Source: Promethearchaeia archaeon (GTDB taxonomy: Archaea > Asgardarchaeota > Lokiarchaeia > Sigyniarchaeales > SOKP01). From it: a stretch of DNA of 56,235 nucleotides. Made by a program: the position numbers and the translations under genes. Shown piece by piece: positions 35,793 to 46,058 of the stretch (position 1 is its first letter; the number at the start of each line of letters is the position of its first letter). The notes under the pieces were generated by a model. It saw only the letters and a list, made by a program, of their open reading frames with translations, was not told where the DNA came from and made no database searches. The stretch is from positions 1 through 56,235 of the forward strand of contig JAHQWK010000006.1 of the NCBI GenBank assembly GCA_029856145.1. Direction: 5' to 3'.

Positions 35793-37493
35793 TTATCGTA
35801 ATTTCTTATTTTTTAAATAAAATATTACTCCAAAGAATATAATAACTCCATTTATAAGACTAAATACAAATATCCAAAGGGGAAAATGAGGATAATTTGT
35901 ATAAATATAATTAATATTATTTACAGTACTAGCAGTTGACTCCTTTAAGAAAATTCTATTATAATAAACTCTAATTGTATAATTTCCATGAGGAACATTA
36001 TACAATATGATCTCTCCATGTTCATTAGTATTTCCCGGTGGGATCGGTTGAATACTATCATTAGATATATAAGTTCCATATTCAACACCATAATAAAATA
36101 CCTCTACTCTAGCACCAACTAAAGGCATTTTAATATTATCTGTAATAACAACTCTTAAAGTTTGATCCGAAATATATTTAATTATACAAGGACAAGTTTC
36201 TCCTGCAATTAAATAAGGTAGTTTTATTTTTATTCCCTCTCTTCCCGTTATTGAACTATTCAAATGAAAAGATTGAACATCTCTTTCAAATTGCGAAGAA
36301 CTTTTTAAAACTTGTTCAATAAAAAGAGTATCTTCATATATTGTTAAATTCATGAGGTAGATATGCCTTGGTCCAGCAATTAATGAGGGTAAATAGATTC
36401 TCTCACGAATATCTCCCATAGAGACAAGCCTATCTATAGCCCAAGTCTTTTCTACTGAATTAATGAATTTAAAAGTGAATAGAGATGTGAAATTTAATAA
36501 AACAACACTATTATTGGCTAAAAAATGATCTGATAATAAAATATCAATCGATTTATCTACATTTAAACGAACGCCAATATCAACAGAGATATCGTTTAAT
36601 AAAAGACTGTGTCCATACAGTCTATTTTTATCAGGTAAATTCATCGTTAATGCAACATCTATATTATCAACATCTACATTATTCTCTAGTATCGTTTCAC
36701 CGTATTTTTTTCCTAGCAAGTTAAACCCATAATTAAATTTTACAGTAAAGTTTTGTTTTATATTATTTATTAATAAGCCCTGGTTAGGGTATTGAGTTAT
36801 GCTCCAAGATTGAACACTTAAATCATATTCCCATATGAGATGCATTGTAAAATTAAAGACAGGACCTTTATGAAAATAGCTTTTATAATTGAATAATATA
36901 AATTTATTACTATCAAAAGTATAATCTGTTTCATCATTTAATTCAATAGTGTCAGTTCCATTATTAACATAAAATTCTAGTAATCTACTTGGTCTTAAAC
37001 GGGAAAGATAAATTAAATATCCTGCTTGTGGATTATTATACTCCACTTCTAAAGTTTCATTCAATTTTACAGTTATTATATTACTATCTGTTATGTTTTC
37101 ATTTAAGTTATCCTGGATTGCGGGGTCTATGGTTTCAACAAAATTGAAGTCTGTTCGAGAAATACTATATGCTCCTGAGTTAATATCTTCCCCAATTAGT
37201 GGATAAATAACATTGTGATTAAAAAAACCCATCTCTAATTTACTGAAATCTATATCGTTTACTGTTATATTTCCAAGAGAATATTTCTCCTCAGAAAGTA
37301 TGGGTGTAAAATCTTCTTGAGATATATCATTTAATGTTGGAGAGGGCTCATGATTTGATAAGCTAGAATTAAATGCTTCATTCCCAAATATTATCGGAAT
37401 TAAGAATAAAGATATAACCAAAATAATTAGATAACTCTTTATATAATAACTTTTACAATTCCGATTTTTATTAGGCATTTTAAATGTTTTCAT
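35793..37493 (-). CDS. Secreted, C-terminally anchored beta-rich surface protein with a carboxypeptidase-regulatory-like domain
   Basis: N-terminal hydrophobic helix, many N-x-S/T sequons, PLVGARVEV...TNEHGEI.LYNVPHGNYTIRVYY, C-terminal TM and basic tail. Confidence 0.7.
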   Translation of the reverse strand: MKTFKMPNKNRNCKSYYIKSYLIILVISLFLIPIIFGNEAFNSSLSNHEPSPTLNDISQEDFTPILSEEKYSLGNITVNDIDFSKLEMGFFNHNVIYPLIGEDINSGAYSISRTDFNFVETIDPAIQDNLNENITDSNIITVKLNETLEVEYNNPQAGYLIYLSRLRPSRLLEFYVNNGTDTIELNDETDYTFDSNKFILFNYKSYFHKGPVFNFTMHLIWEYDLSVQSWSITQYPNQGLLINNIKQNFTVKFNYGFNLLGKKYGETILENNVDVDNIDVALTMNLPDKNRLYGHSLLLNDISVDIGVRLNVDKSIDILLSDHFLANNSVVLLNFTSLFTFKFINSVEKTWAIDRLVSMGDIRERIYLPSLIAGPRHIYLMNLTIYEDTLFIEQVLKSSSQFERDVQSFHLNSSITGREGIKIKLPYLIAGETCPCIIKYISDQTLRVVITDNIKMPLVGARVEVFYYGVEYGTYISNDSIQPIPPGNTNEHGEIILYNVPHGNYTIRVYYNRIFLKESTASTVNNINYIYTNYPHFPLWIFVFSLINGVIIFFGVIFYLKNKKLR

Positions 37494-37731
37494 AGTAAAG
37501 TATTTAGAACAGAAAATTAAAATAAATTAAATAATTTTTCTATAGAATTTATAGCTTAACTATTTTGTGTCATAAACCAATATTAAATCGGAATATTTAT
37601 AATTCTAGAATTTATTTGGAATTTATTAGGTTTCAAAATAAGATAAGAATATTAAAATAATTCATTTTGAAAAATCGCTTTCTTTGGATTTTTATGTTAA
37701 ATCTCTAAGTATTTAAAAAATAATGATTTAA

Positions 37732-39111
37732 ATGACCCATACGCCAGACAAAACTAAATTTCTAGAAGATTTCAATAGGGCTGTAGATGAGTTTATTGAT
37801 CGTTCCTTTGCTCATATCATAATCATTTCACATAACGATGCTGATGGAATAAGTTGCCTTCATATAATCCAGAACTTATTATATAAAATGAATATAAATT
37901 ATGATTATTTTATCTATAATAGATCGATTTCTTGGGAGAATTATCTACAAGGCATTCTCTCAAGTAGGCAAACCGACAAAAATGCTTTCATTTTTACGGA
38001 TGTGGGCTCTAATTTAAAAGAATTAATACCAATTATAAAGAATAGAAAAGAATTTTTTTTTATTCTTGATCACCATGAAGTAGAAGATGATATACAATTT
38101 GATGAGTTACCTGAAAATCTATTTTTCATTAATCCAACTATTTATGGGTTTGACGGTCTTGAACATATTGCGGGAGCCACTTTAACATACATGTTTGCAA
38201 AACAAGTAAAACCATCTATAATGAAACAAGGATGGTTAACGGTTATCGGTATTGCTGGAGATTCATTAAGACCGATGGATAGATTACAATCATTTAACCG
38301 AGAGGTGTATGAAGAACTGGTACATGAAGAACTCATTGAAGACAAAGAAGGCTTGATTTTATTTGGGAGTATGCATGAATCTGTAAAGAATGGTTTAAAA
38401 TACAGTATATTACCCTTTCTTAGTCGCTTTGGAGGAGAATCAGATCAGAAAATCAATTCGTTCTTAAATACACTACAAATTGATCCAAGAACAAAATTAG
38501 TTGATTTAAGTGAATCTGAAATCCAATTAATTCAAAATGAAGCCGATATTAACAGTTTTGGGCATTATTCATTATTACCTCATAAATTGGGATTATTAAA
38601 GTTTGCTTTTGAACACGCTCTTTTATTGAATATTTTATGTTTTAAGAATATTAGCGCGGCAATTTCAATAATTCAGTTAAAATCAATTACTCGTTATGCC
38701 AAAAATTTGTATTCTGAGTATATTGATAATCTTTCTCGGAATTTAAGAACTCTTTCAAATGAAATACCTCATTTTGAAACCAAAAAGGCAATATTTATAG
38801 AAGTAAAGGGAAAAATACCACCAAGCAACTGGTCAGATACAGCAAGTTTTAGTACTGTTAATGAACTATTTGACCCAAGTAAAATCCTGTTTTTAGGGGG
38901 CCTTGAGATAAAATCAGGCACAATCAAATTAAGTGTTCGATGCTCAAGAAAATATCTAGAAAAAAATAAGACAAATGGAATAAATAAAATTATATCAAAT
39001 ATAAAAAGAGAATTTGGAGGCGTAGGTGGAGGTCATAAATTAGCTGGAGGTATTAGATTGTCAAAACCCTCTTATAATCTCTTGAAAAACAGAATAGATG
39101 AATTTATTTAA
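37732..39111 (+). CDS. DHH/DHHA1 phosphoesterase, archaeal RecJ-like (GAN/Cdc45-related)
   Basis: SHNDADG, FTDVGS, ILDHH, INP, GGGHKLAGG. Confidence 0.85.
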   Translation: MTHTPDKTKFLEDFNRAVDEFIDRSFAHIIIISHNDADGISCLHIIQNLLYKMNINYDYFIYNRSISWENYLQGILSSRQTDKNAFIFTDVGSNLKELIPIIKNRKEFFFILDHHEVEDDIQFDELPENLFFINPTIYGFDGLEHIAGATLTYMFAKQVKPSIMKQGWLTVIGIAGDSLRPMDRLQSFNREVYEELVHEELIEDKEGLILFGSMHESVKNGLKYSILPFLSRFGGESDQKINSFLNTLQIDPRTKLVDLSESEIQLIQNEADINSFGHYSLLPHKLGLLKFAFEHALLLNILCFKNISAAISIIQLKSITRYAKNLYSEYIDNLSRNLRTLSNEIPHFETKKAIFIEVKGKIPPSNWSDTASFSTVNELFDPSKILFLGGLEIKSGTIKLSVRCSRKYLEKNKTNGINKIISNIKREFGGVGGGHKLAGGIRLSKPSYNLLKNRIDEFI

Positions 39112-39136
39112 TTTATCAATGTAGTTTGTTATATAA

Positions 39137-39433
39137 ATGAAATTTCTAGAAAAACATTCAGATACGAATTTTATTATAAAATTGAATGTGAGAACTAACT
39201 GTAAAAGCCAAAAAGTTGTTAATAATGGCGATTTTTTAACGATTTTTCTAAAATCAAAGCCGATACAAAATAAGGCAAATAAAGAATTGATAAATTTAAT
39301 AAAAAAGAGATTGAATATTTCATCCAATCAAATTCAAATAATTTCTGGTTCAAAGAGACAGGATAAATTGATCAAACTTTACTTTTTAGAAAATATTAAA
39401 GAACAAGAAATAATAAGAAAACTAATCCTTTGA
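39137..39433 (+). CDS. DUF167/YggU family protein
   Basis: PIQNKANKELINLI...IQIISGSKRQDK. Confidence 0.8.
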   Translation: MKFLEKHSDTNFIIKLNVRTNCKSQKVVNNGDFLTIFLKSKPIQNKANKELINLIKKRLNISSNQIQIISGSKRQDKLIKLYFLENIKEQEIIRKLIL

Positions 39434-39434
39434 A

Positions 39435-39788
39435 TTAACTACCAATTTTTTTCATCTTCCCACACTTTAAACATATTATAAAATGGGTCATTCCTTCATC
39501 AGCACTACGTGTCTGTCTTGTTTCCAAATGTGCTTTATCGTATCCACATCGAGGACATTTAAAGTTTTTAATTGTACTTCTCAAATATTCTTCTTTCCAT
39601 TCCATAACATCAGTTAAATTCGTGACTTCATTCCTAATAGAATGCTCTATTTTAGTGGTAAGTTTATACGCCTCAGATTTTTCTTCTTTGAATGGTTTTG
39701 TTGCTCCACATTTACACTTGAATACCTTTTTCCCATCCAAGTTTGAGGGTAACATCATTCTTCCACCACATTCATCGCAGAATTCCAT
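39435..39788 (-). CDS. tfs: Transcription factor S (TFS / Rpb9-TFIIS-like)
   Basis: MEFCDECG...CKC; CPRCG...QTRSADEGMTHFIICLKC. Confidence 0.92.
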   Translation of the reverse strand: MEFCDECGGRMMLPSNLDGKKVFKCKCGATKPFKEEKSEAYKLTTKIEHSIRNEVTNLTDVMEWKEEYLRSTIKNFKCPRCGYDKAHLETRQTRSADEGMTHFIICLKCGKMKKIGS

Positions 39789-39870
39789 AAACTATTAACC
39801 TCAAATTGATATTAATAATATAGCTTTCTTAAAAATAGTAAATTATTCCTATCAAATAATTTTTTTGAAT

Positions 39871-40845
39871 TCAAAATCTTAAACCAAATAGCAAAGCACA
39901 AAAAATTACTCCAGAAATAAGATCAGCTGTGGTACCAGGATTTAATTTGCCCTTCTTTGCTTGGAGTTCATTATCTAATTCTATTGTTAATCTTAAACCT
40001 TTTTCAGAGGAAATACCTTCATATTCTAAAATATTTGATGCCATGTTTGAGATATATAAAGCCAAATCCAGTCCAGATTTTCTAATAACTAACGTATCTG
40101 GATTTAAAGATAAAAGTTTAAGGTAAGTATTGACTGTTGCTATATTTATATCCTTAAATTGATTAAAGGTCTTAACGAAATATGGTAATCCTTCATTTAA
40201 AATTAAATTAAATCCAGTAGAATATTCCAAACTTATCAAATCATATTCTTTTGAAAGGTCAAATATTTTTTTTAAATTTATTTTATCCTTATTTAATTCA
40301 TTAAAAGAATTTTCATCATTGATATCATATTTTTTAATCCTTCCTAAACCTCCCGGATTACATAATCTAATCGCTTGATATAGATTTATTGTATCATTAA
40401 CAGATGAGTTCTCAATTACTTTGTTTAGGAAAGTTTTTAAATCACTAATATTAGTTTGATGTTTTTTCATACAAATTATCGCTGCTACTGCGAGAGGTGC
40501 TAATATTAATATATGTCCTAACAAAACATTACCTCCATCTTGCCATCTTATCATTTCTTCAGCCGCCTTCTTAAAAAATTGTCCTAATTCAATTTTTTTG
40601 TAATCATCTTCATTCTCAAAAGATTTTTGGAGATTTGTTTCGCAAAAAACTCTAAAATTTGGCTGAATAGCAACAATTCCTGCCATAAAGTGTTCAAATC
40701 TAGTTTTTTTAAAATTTTGTGTACGGTGAACATTTCCAGGTTTAGGCCAACCTGCTACTTCTAAAAGGCTAGCTAAACTCAAGCATCTTAATAAATCATC
40801 TAAAGATTTAACAGAAATATTAAAATTAGTTTCTTCTAAAGACAC
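39871..40845 (-). CDS. citG: Triphosphoribosyl-dephospho-CoA synthase (CitG family)
   Basis: LLEVAGWPKPGNVHR, NVLLGHILILAPL, PDTLVIRK, NPGTTADL. Confidence 0.88.
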   Translation of the reverse strand: MSLEETNFNISVKSLDDLLRCLSLASLLEVAGWPKPGNVHRTQNFKKTRFEHFMAGIVAIQPNFRVFCETNLQKSFENEDDYKKIELGQFFKKAAEEMIRWQDGGNVLLGHILILAPLAVAAIICMKKHQTNISDLKTFLNKVIENSSVNDTINLYQAIRLCNPGGLGRIKKYDINDENSFNELNKDKINLKKIFDLSKEYDLISLEYSTGFNLILNEGLPYFVKTFNQFKDINIATVNTYLKLLSLNPDTLVIRKSGLDLALYISNMASNILEYEGISSEKGLRLTIELDNELQAKKGKLNPGTTADLISGVIFCALLFGLRF

Positions 40846-40893
40846 ATCTGAATATATTTTCTAAATTATATAACTATATTGTAAGGATAAGAT

Positions 40894-41199
40894 TTAATAA
40901 TAGCTTAATTCAACAATTTTCTTTTCTTTCACAGTATATCCTTCAGATTCAGAAGTTTTATATGAAATTGGTCTGAAATCATTGTGTAATCCGTTTTTAT
41001 AAAGAAATTTTTTAATCCTAAGTTTTAATGCTCTTTTAGATAATTTAATTGGCATTTCTACGTTTATATTATTTCCATTTCGGTCAAGGTTTATCTGGGG
41101 TAAGGCTTCAGATAAGAATCTAATTAAATCAAGAACATGTTGCTCACTTTTAAAGCTTAACTCCTTAACGTTGATTGTGAAAGATTTTATTTCACTCAT
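40894..41199 (-). CDS. rpl22e: Ribosomal protein eL22 (L22e)-like
   Basis: FTIN at the N-terminus; LSKRALKLRIKKFLYKNGLHNDFRPIS resembles the eukaryotic [27 protein letters not shown] motif. Confidence 0.8.
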   Translation of the reverse strand: MSEIKSFTINVKELSFKSEQHVLDLIRFLSEALPQINLDRNGNNINVEMPIKLSKRALKLRIKKFLYKNGLHNDFRPISYKTSESEGYTVKEKKIVELSYY

Positions 41200-41342
41200 A
41201 GTATCATCACTCTGTAATATAATTAAAAATATTATTAATTTTTTATGATTTTAATATCATAATTCATTATTTAAATTTCTTTTAAGGAAATTCTCATATA
41301 ACTAAATAAAATTAAAATTTATTAGATAATTGGTGAATTAAT

Positions 41343-42617
41343 TTGGTTGATTACATAAATTTGGACTACAAGCCAAGTGAAAATGATTTAATCGCAATGT
41401 ATTATGTACAGATTTCACCAGAATGTAGGAATTTGCAACATGCCTCTGAAGAAATCGCAAAAGAAAGTTCGATTGGTACATGGACTGAAATTTCAACATT
41501 ATCACCTGAAATAGCTGAAAGACTTAAACCTTCGACATTTTATATTGACCCAGAAAAAAATATAATAAAGATTGCCTATCCGAAGGAACTTTTTGAAGCA
41601 AATAATTTACCTCAAATTTTAAGTGCTATTGCGGGTAATATTTTTGGTATGAAAGTCTTAAAGAATTTAAGATTAATAGATATTAGTTTTCCAAAAGATA
41701 TTGTCAATGCCTATAAAGGTCCTAAATATGGAATTGAAGGCATTAGAGCATTAACAAAAGTGAAAGATAGGCCTCTTCTTGGTACTATTGTAAAACCGAA
41801 AGTAGGACTAACTGAAGTTGAGCATTCAAAAGTGTGCGGAGAAGCGTGGAGTGGCGGATTAGACATTGTTAAAGATGATGAAAATTTAACAAGTATGACC
41901 TTTAACAAGTTTGAGAAAAGGATAATAGAAACATTAAAAATTCGGGATAAAATTGAAAAGGAAACTGGAGAAAAGAAGTTCTATATGCCAAATATAACAG
42001 CACCTCTCAGTGTTATGAAAAAACGAGCTGATTTTGTATTAGAAAATGGTGGGGAATATGTAATGGTGGATATCGTAACAATTGGATTCTCAGCTTTACA
42101 GGAAATTCGAGATTATCTTGATGATAAAAATACTGTAATTCATGCTCATAGAGCTATGCACGCAGCTTTTACCAGAAGTAAAAAGCATGGTATGACAATG
42201 TTAGCACTAGCTAAATTAATGAGACTTCTTGGTATGGATCAACTTCATACTGGAACTGTTATAGGGAAAATGGAAGGTGGAAAACAAGAAGTTGTAGAAA
42301 TCAATAAGACTATCACAGAACAAAAAATTGAAGGAAATAATTTAACTACACTTGATCAAGATTGGTATGATATTAAACCAGTATTACCCGTTGCTTCTGG
42401 GGGTTTAAGTCCACTGCATATTCCCGAATTAATGGAAATATTGGGAAAAGATATGGTCTATCAATTTGGCGGAGGTTGTCATGGTCATCCTGATGGAACT
42501 GAAGCTGGGGCTCGTGCTATAAGACAATCAATTTCCTCTGTTTTAGAAGGTTATGACTTAAAAGAATATGCTAAAGACCATAAAGAATTAGCTAGAGCTC
42601 TTGAAAAATGGGGTTAA
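41343..42617 (+). CDS. rbcL: Form III ribulose-1,5-bisphosphate carboxylase
   Basis: ESSIGTW, GTIVKPKVGL, GGLDIVKDDENL, HAHRAMH, GKMEG, ASGGL, GGGCHGHPDG. Confidence 0.95.
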   Translation: MVDYINLDYKPSENDLIAMYYVQISPECRNLQHASEEIAKESSIGTWTEISTLSPEIAERLKPSTFYIDPEKNIIKIAYPKELFEANNLPQILSAIAGNIFGMKVLKNLRLIDISFPKDIVNAYKGPKYGIEGIRALTKVKDRPLLGTIVKPKVGLTEVEHSKVCGEAWSGGLDIVKDDENLTSMTFNKFEKRIIETLKIRDKIEKETGEKKFYMPNITAPLSVMKKRADFVLENGGEYVMVDIVTIGFSALQEIRDYLDDKNTVIHAHRAMHAAFTRSKKHGMTMLALAKLMRLLGMDQLHTGTVIGKMEGGKQEVVEINKTITEQKIEGNNLTTLDQDWYDIKPVLPVASGGLSPLHIPELMEILGKDMVYQFGGGCHGHPDGTEAGARAIRQSISSVLEGYDLKEYAKDHKELARALEKWG

Positions 42618-42634
42618 ATGTACGTAATAAAATT

Positions 42635-43567
42635 TTATATCATTTCTGGATACAATTTTTCAAAATAATTTGATACATGACTTGAGGCAAAAATTCCTGC
42701 TTCTGTGATTAATCCGTCTATATATCTTCGAGACACAGTTTCGAAAGCAGGATTTAAAACTTCAATTCCCTTAGGAGGTTTTTCCCATACTTCTTTTGGA
42801 TCTCTCATTTCAATAGTTTCTAAAATTCCAAGATTTGTTTCTGGATTGTATTTTAATAGTGGAGATGCGACATAAAAAGGAACATGCTCCTCATGAGCCA
42901 CTAATGCTAATAACCTTGAACCTATTTTATTGATTATAGTTCCCTCACTTGTTATACTATCTGCCCCAATTATAATTAGATTAACTTCAAAATGTCTTAC
43001 AGCCCACCTCATGGCACTATCAACTACGTGAGTGACCTCTATACCTGCATCCACTAATTTTTTCGCTGTTTTCCTGCCCTGTAATCTAGGTTGGGTTTCA
43101 GTATTAATTACTTTAAAATTCTTATTTTGACTTTTAGCTTCTAAGAGAATAGCAGTCACCAAACTTGAGTGGCAATGAGTCATTACATTAAATTTCTTAT
43201 CTACATCAGGAATTCGTCGAGCACCAATTATCGCAATTCTTTTCTTTGCAGTTTGAACCATATCATAATATTGACTTTTATATTTTTCAATTACATCTGA
43301 TATAAACTCTGCATAACAACTTTCTCTCTCTTTTTCTAATTTATTCATGATAAATTTCAAACCATTTTTCATAGCAGGTTCAGTTGACCTTGTATCAATT
43401 AAGATGTCAACTGCGTTGTATAGATTTTTGAAGCATGTCTCAAGATTGTCAGATTTCAATCTTTTAGCAAAATCACTTAAAAATTGAATTGCATTAATTG
43501 CGATATTCGTCGCACCTTGGATTTCTAAAGCTTTAATTTTTTGAGCATCTTTTAATAATTGTTCCAT
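42635..43567 (-). CDS. Ribose-1,5-bisphosphate isomerase (eIF-2B-like family)
   Basis: EIQGATNIA, TRSTEPAMKN, MTHCHSS, TETQPRLQG, GADSIT...NKIGS, NPAFE; adjacent to Rubisco. Confidence 0.88.
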   Translation of the reverse strand: MEQLLKDAQKIKALEIQGATNIAINAIQFLSDFAKRLKSDNLETCFKNLYNAVDILIDTRSTEPAMKNGLKFIMNKLEKERESCYAEFISDVIEKYKSQYYDMVQTAKKRIAIIGARRIPDVDKKFNVMTHCHSSLVTAILLEAKSQNKNFKVINTETQPRLQGRKTAKKLVDAGIEVTHVVDSAMRWAVRHFEVNLIIIGADSITSEGTIINKIGSRLLALVAHEEHVPFYVASPLLKYNPETNLGILETIEMRDPKEVWEKPPKGIEVLNPAFETVSRRYIDGLITEAGIFASSHVSNYFEKLYPEMI

Positions 43568-43641
43568 GTTAAATTACCACCATTTTTATTATAGATGATT
43601 TAATTATAGATTTGTAGAATTTAATATTATAGTCAATTGTA

Positions 43642-43821
43642 TTATTTCTCTGAGAGTTCTTCTTGATCTAATTTATAATCCTCAGTATCGACTTCTACAT
43701 AAAAACGACCAATATAACCACAAGAGCATTCATACATATCAGGTGCAAGCCAACCTGAAACATTAACAGCGTTTTTTAAGTTCGGTTCTTTGCATCTAGG
43801 GCAAATCCTAATTTTTACCAT
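43642..43821 (-). CDS. Small Zn-ribbon protein (59 aa, absent from the ORF track)
   Basis: Hand translation MVKIRICPRCKEPNLKNAVNVSGWLAPDMYECSCGYIGRFYVEVDTEDYKLDQEELSEK*. Confidence 0.75.
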   Translation of the reverse strand: MVKIRICPRCKEPNLKNAVNVSGWLAPDMYECSCGYIGRFYVEVDTEDYKLDQEELSEK

Positions 43822-44131
43822 AATTACTATTCAACACAATTTATTCAATATTTTTTTGTCTCAATTTTTTTTTAAATTTACATTCTAAGTATAATTATAA
43901 TTTATTACATTTTTAATTAGAGGATATTAAATTTTAAAATTGTGATAATATGGCAAATACAGTAGTCACAAGAAGTATAGGAATGGATTTCATATATTTT
44001 GATTTAATTTTTTAATTCCTCTTTATAATTATACGATTATTAGTATAACAATAAAATATTAATCTCTGTTAATATAAAAGTATTATAGGCTTAACTTCTC
44101 AATTTACAAGGTCTAAATAATCCTATAGAAT

Positions 44132-45958
44132 ATGTCCAACTTACAATTACAAAGAAAAAGTTTACCAAATGAAACTGGGGTTTATTTATTTCTCGATAAT
44201 AAGAAAACTGTTATTTACATTGGAAAAGCTTTAAATCTCAGAAAAAGAGTTAATCAATATTTCTCAAAAACTCATTATAATGATCCATTTTATGAAGAAA
44301 AAATTAAAGAATTAGCTAAAAACATTCACTCTATTGAATATATTGTAACTGAAAATGAGAAGGAAGCTTTGATTCTAGAAAATATCCAAATCAAAAAATA
44401 ACTCCCTCGTTTCAATGTAATAATGAGAGATTCCAAAACATATCCTTGGGTGGGAATCTTTTACTCTGAAGCTTTTCCAAGAATTCGTATACTTAGAAAC
44501 CCTGAAAAATATTCACAAGATAACTTATTTTTAGGACCATACACAGATAAAAAAGAAATTATACGCATATTAAGAGATTTAAGGAAAATTTTTCCTTATT
44601 GTTCATGTAAGAAACCTATTAAGAAAAAAAAAAGACCATGTTTGTACTTCCAATTAAAACTCTGCCCAGGTCCTTGTTTCACTCCTATCACTAAAGAAGA
44701 ATACCTTGAAAATATTAAAAAAATTGAGTTATTTTTAAAAGGAGAAAATATTGAATTAAAAAAACAGATTGAAGAAAAGATGCAAATAGCATCTAAAGAT
44801 CAAAATTTTGAGTTGGCAGCACTTTGGAGAGATAAATTGGATGATATTGATCATGCCACTGACACACAACATGTTTTAATGAATCATGAAGAAAATAAGG
44901 ATATTATAGGATTTTATAGTGATGGCAAATATGTAGCAATGATTATTATCCATATCAGAGAAAGTAGAATTTTAAACAAAAGTTCGTTTACTTTTGACTT
45001 ACGGGAGAAATTAATTAAGAAAAATGAGATTTTAAGTTCGATTTTAGAACAATATTATCAGGACTTTAAATCACACTTACCAGGTATTATTATCATCCCT
45101 AAAATAAATGAGAAACTTAAAATTCTTTTAGCGTTTCTAAAAGATCTCAAAGAAGACATAAAAATAAGAACTCCAGTTAATGAAAATGAAATAAGTCTTT
45201 TAAGAATAGCAAATAAAAACGCAAAAGTAATGGTTTTCCAGCAAGTACAAATGGAAGAAATCCAGATGAATGATCAAGAATTTAGAAAAAAAATTCTTGA
45301 GGAAGCAAAAAATATTTTGAACTTATCAAGACTACCTAAGATTATTGAAGGATTTGATATTTCTAATATCGAAGGAGTTGATGCAACAGGTTCTATGGTT
45401 TACTTTCTTGACGGAAAACCATATAATAAATATTACAGGCATTATAAAATTCGTTCCAAATCTACACCAGATGATGTTGCAATGATGAAAGAACTATTAA
45501 GAAGACGATACAACATGCTCCTTGAAAGAAATATGGAATTACCAGATTTAATCTTGGTTGATGGTGGAAAAGGACAATTAAATGCTGGGATTTCAATTTT
45601 AAAAGAATTAAACCTTAGTATCCCCATCATTGGATTAGCTAAAAAATATGAAGAAATATATCTACCTTCCAAAAAAGAACCGATTGTACTTCCTAAAAGT
45701 TCCTCTGTTTTAAAATTATTTCAAAGAGTCCGAGATGAAGCACATCGTTTTGCTATCAAACTTCAGAAAAAACAAAGAAAAAAGCGGATTACAGGGTCAA
45801 TCTTGGATGATATCGAAGGAGTTGGCCCAGTTACCAGAAATAAGTTATTGAATCACTTTGGAAGTGTAGATAATATAAAAAATGCTTCTTTAAATGAATT
45901 ATCAGAGATAGTAGGAAAAAAGTTAGCAAACACAATTATAAAAAAAATAAAAAGATAA
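44132..45958 (+). pseudogene. uvrC: Excinuclease ABC subunit C with an in-frame TAA at 44399-44401 (nonsense allele or sequence error)
   Basis: GIY-YIG (GVYLF...IYIGKA) continues in frame as IKK*LPRFNVIMRDSKTYPW into the second ORF (FDISN, DGGKGQ, RDEAHRFA, HhH). Confidence 0.85.
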
Positions 45959-46058
45959 TTTACTTAGGCTCAAGAACGTGAAAATTCCATCCATTCAAAT
46001 TTTAAAAGTCTAAAAATGTAGCTTTAAAATAAAATATACTTAAAAAAAATTGAGTTGA

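Noticed and set aside
44399-44422. BHB intron in uvrC
   Set aside because: There is no extra sequence: the codons align one-to-one with the UvrC consensus, so it is a point nonsense change.
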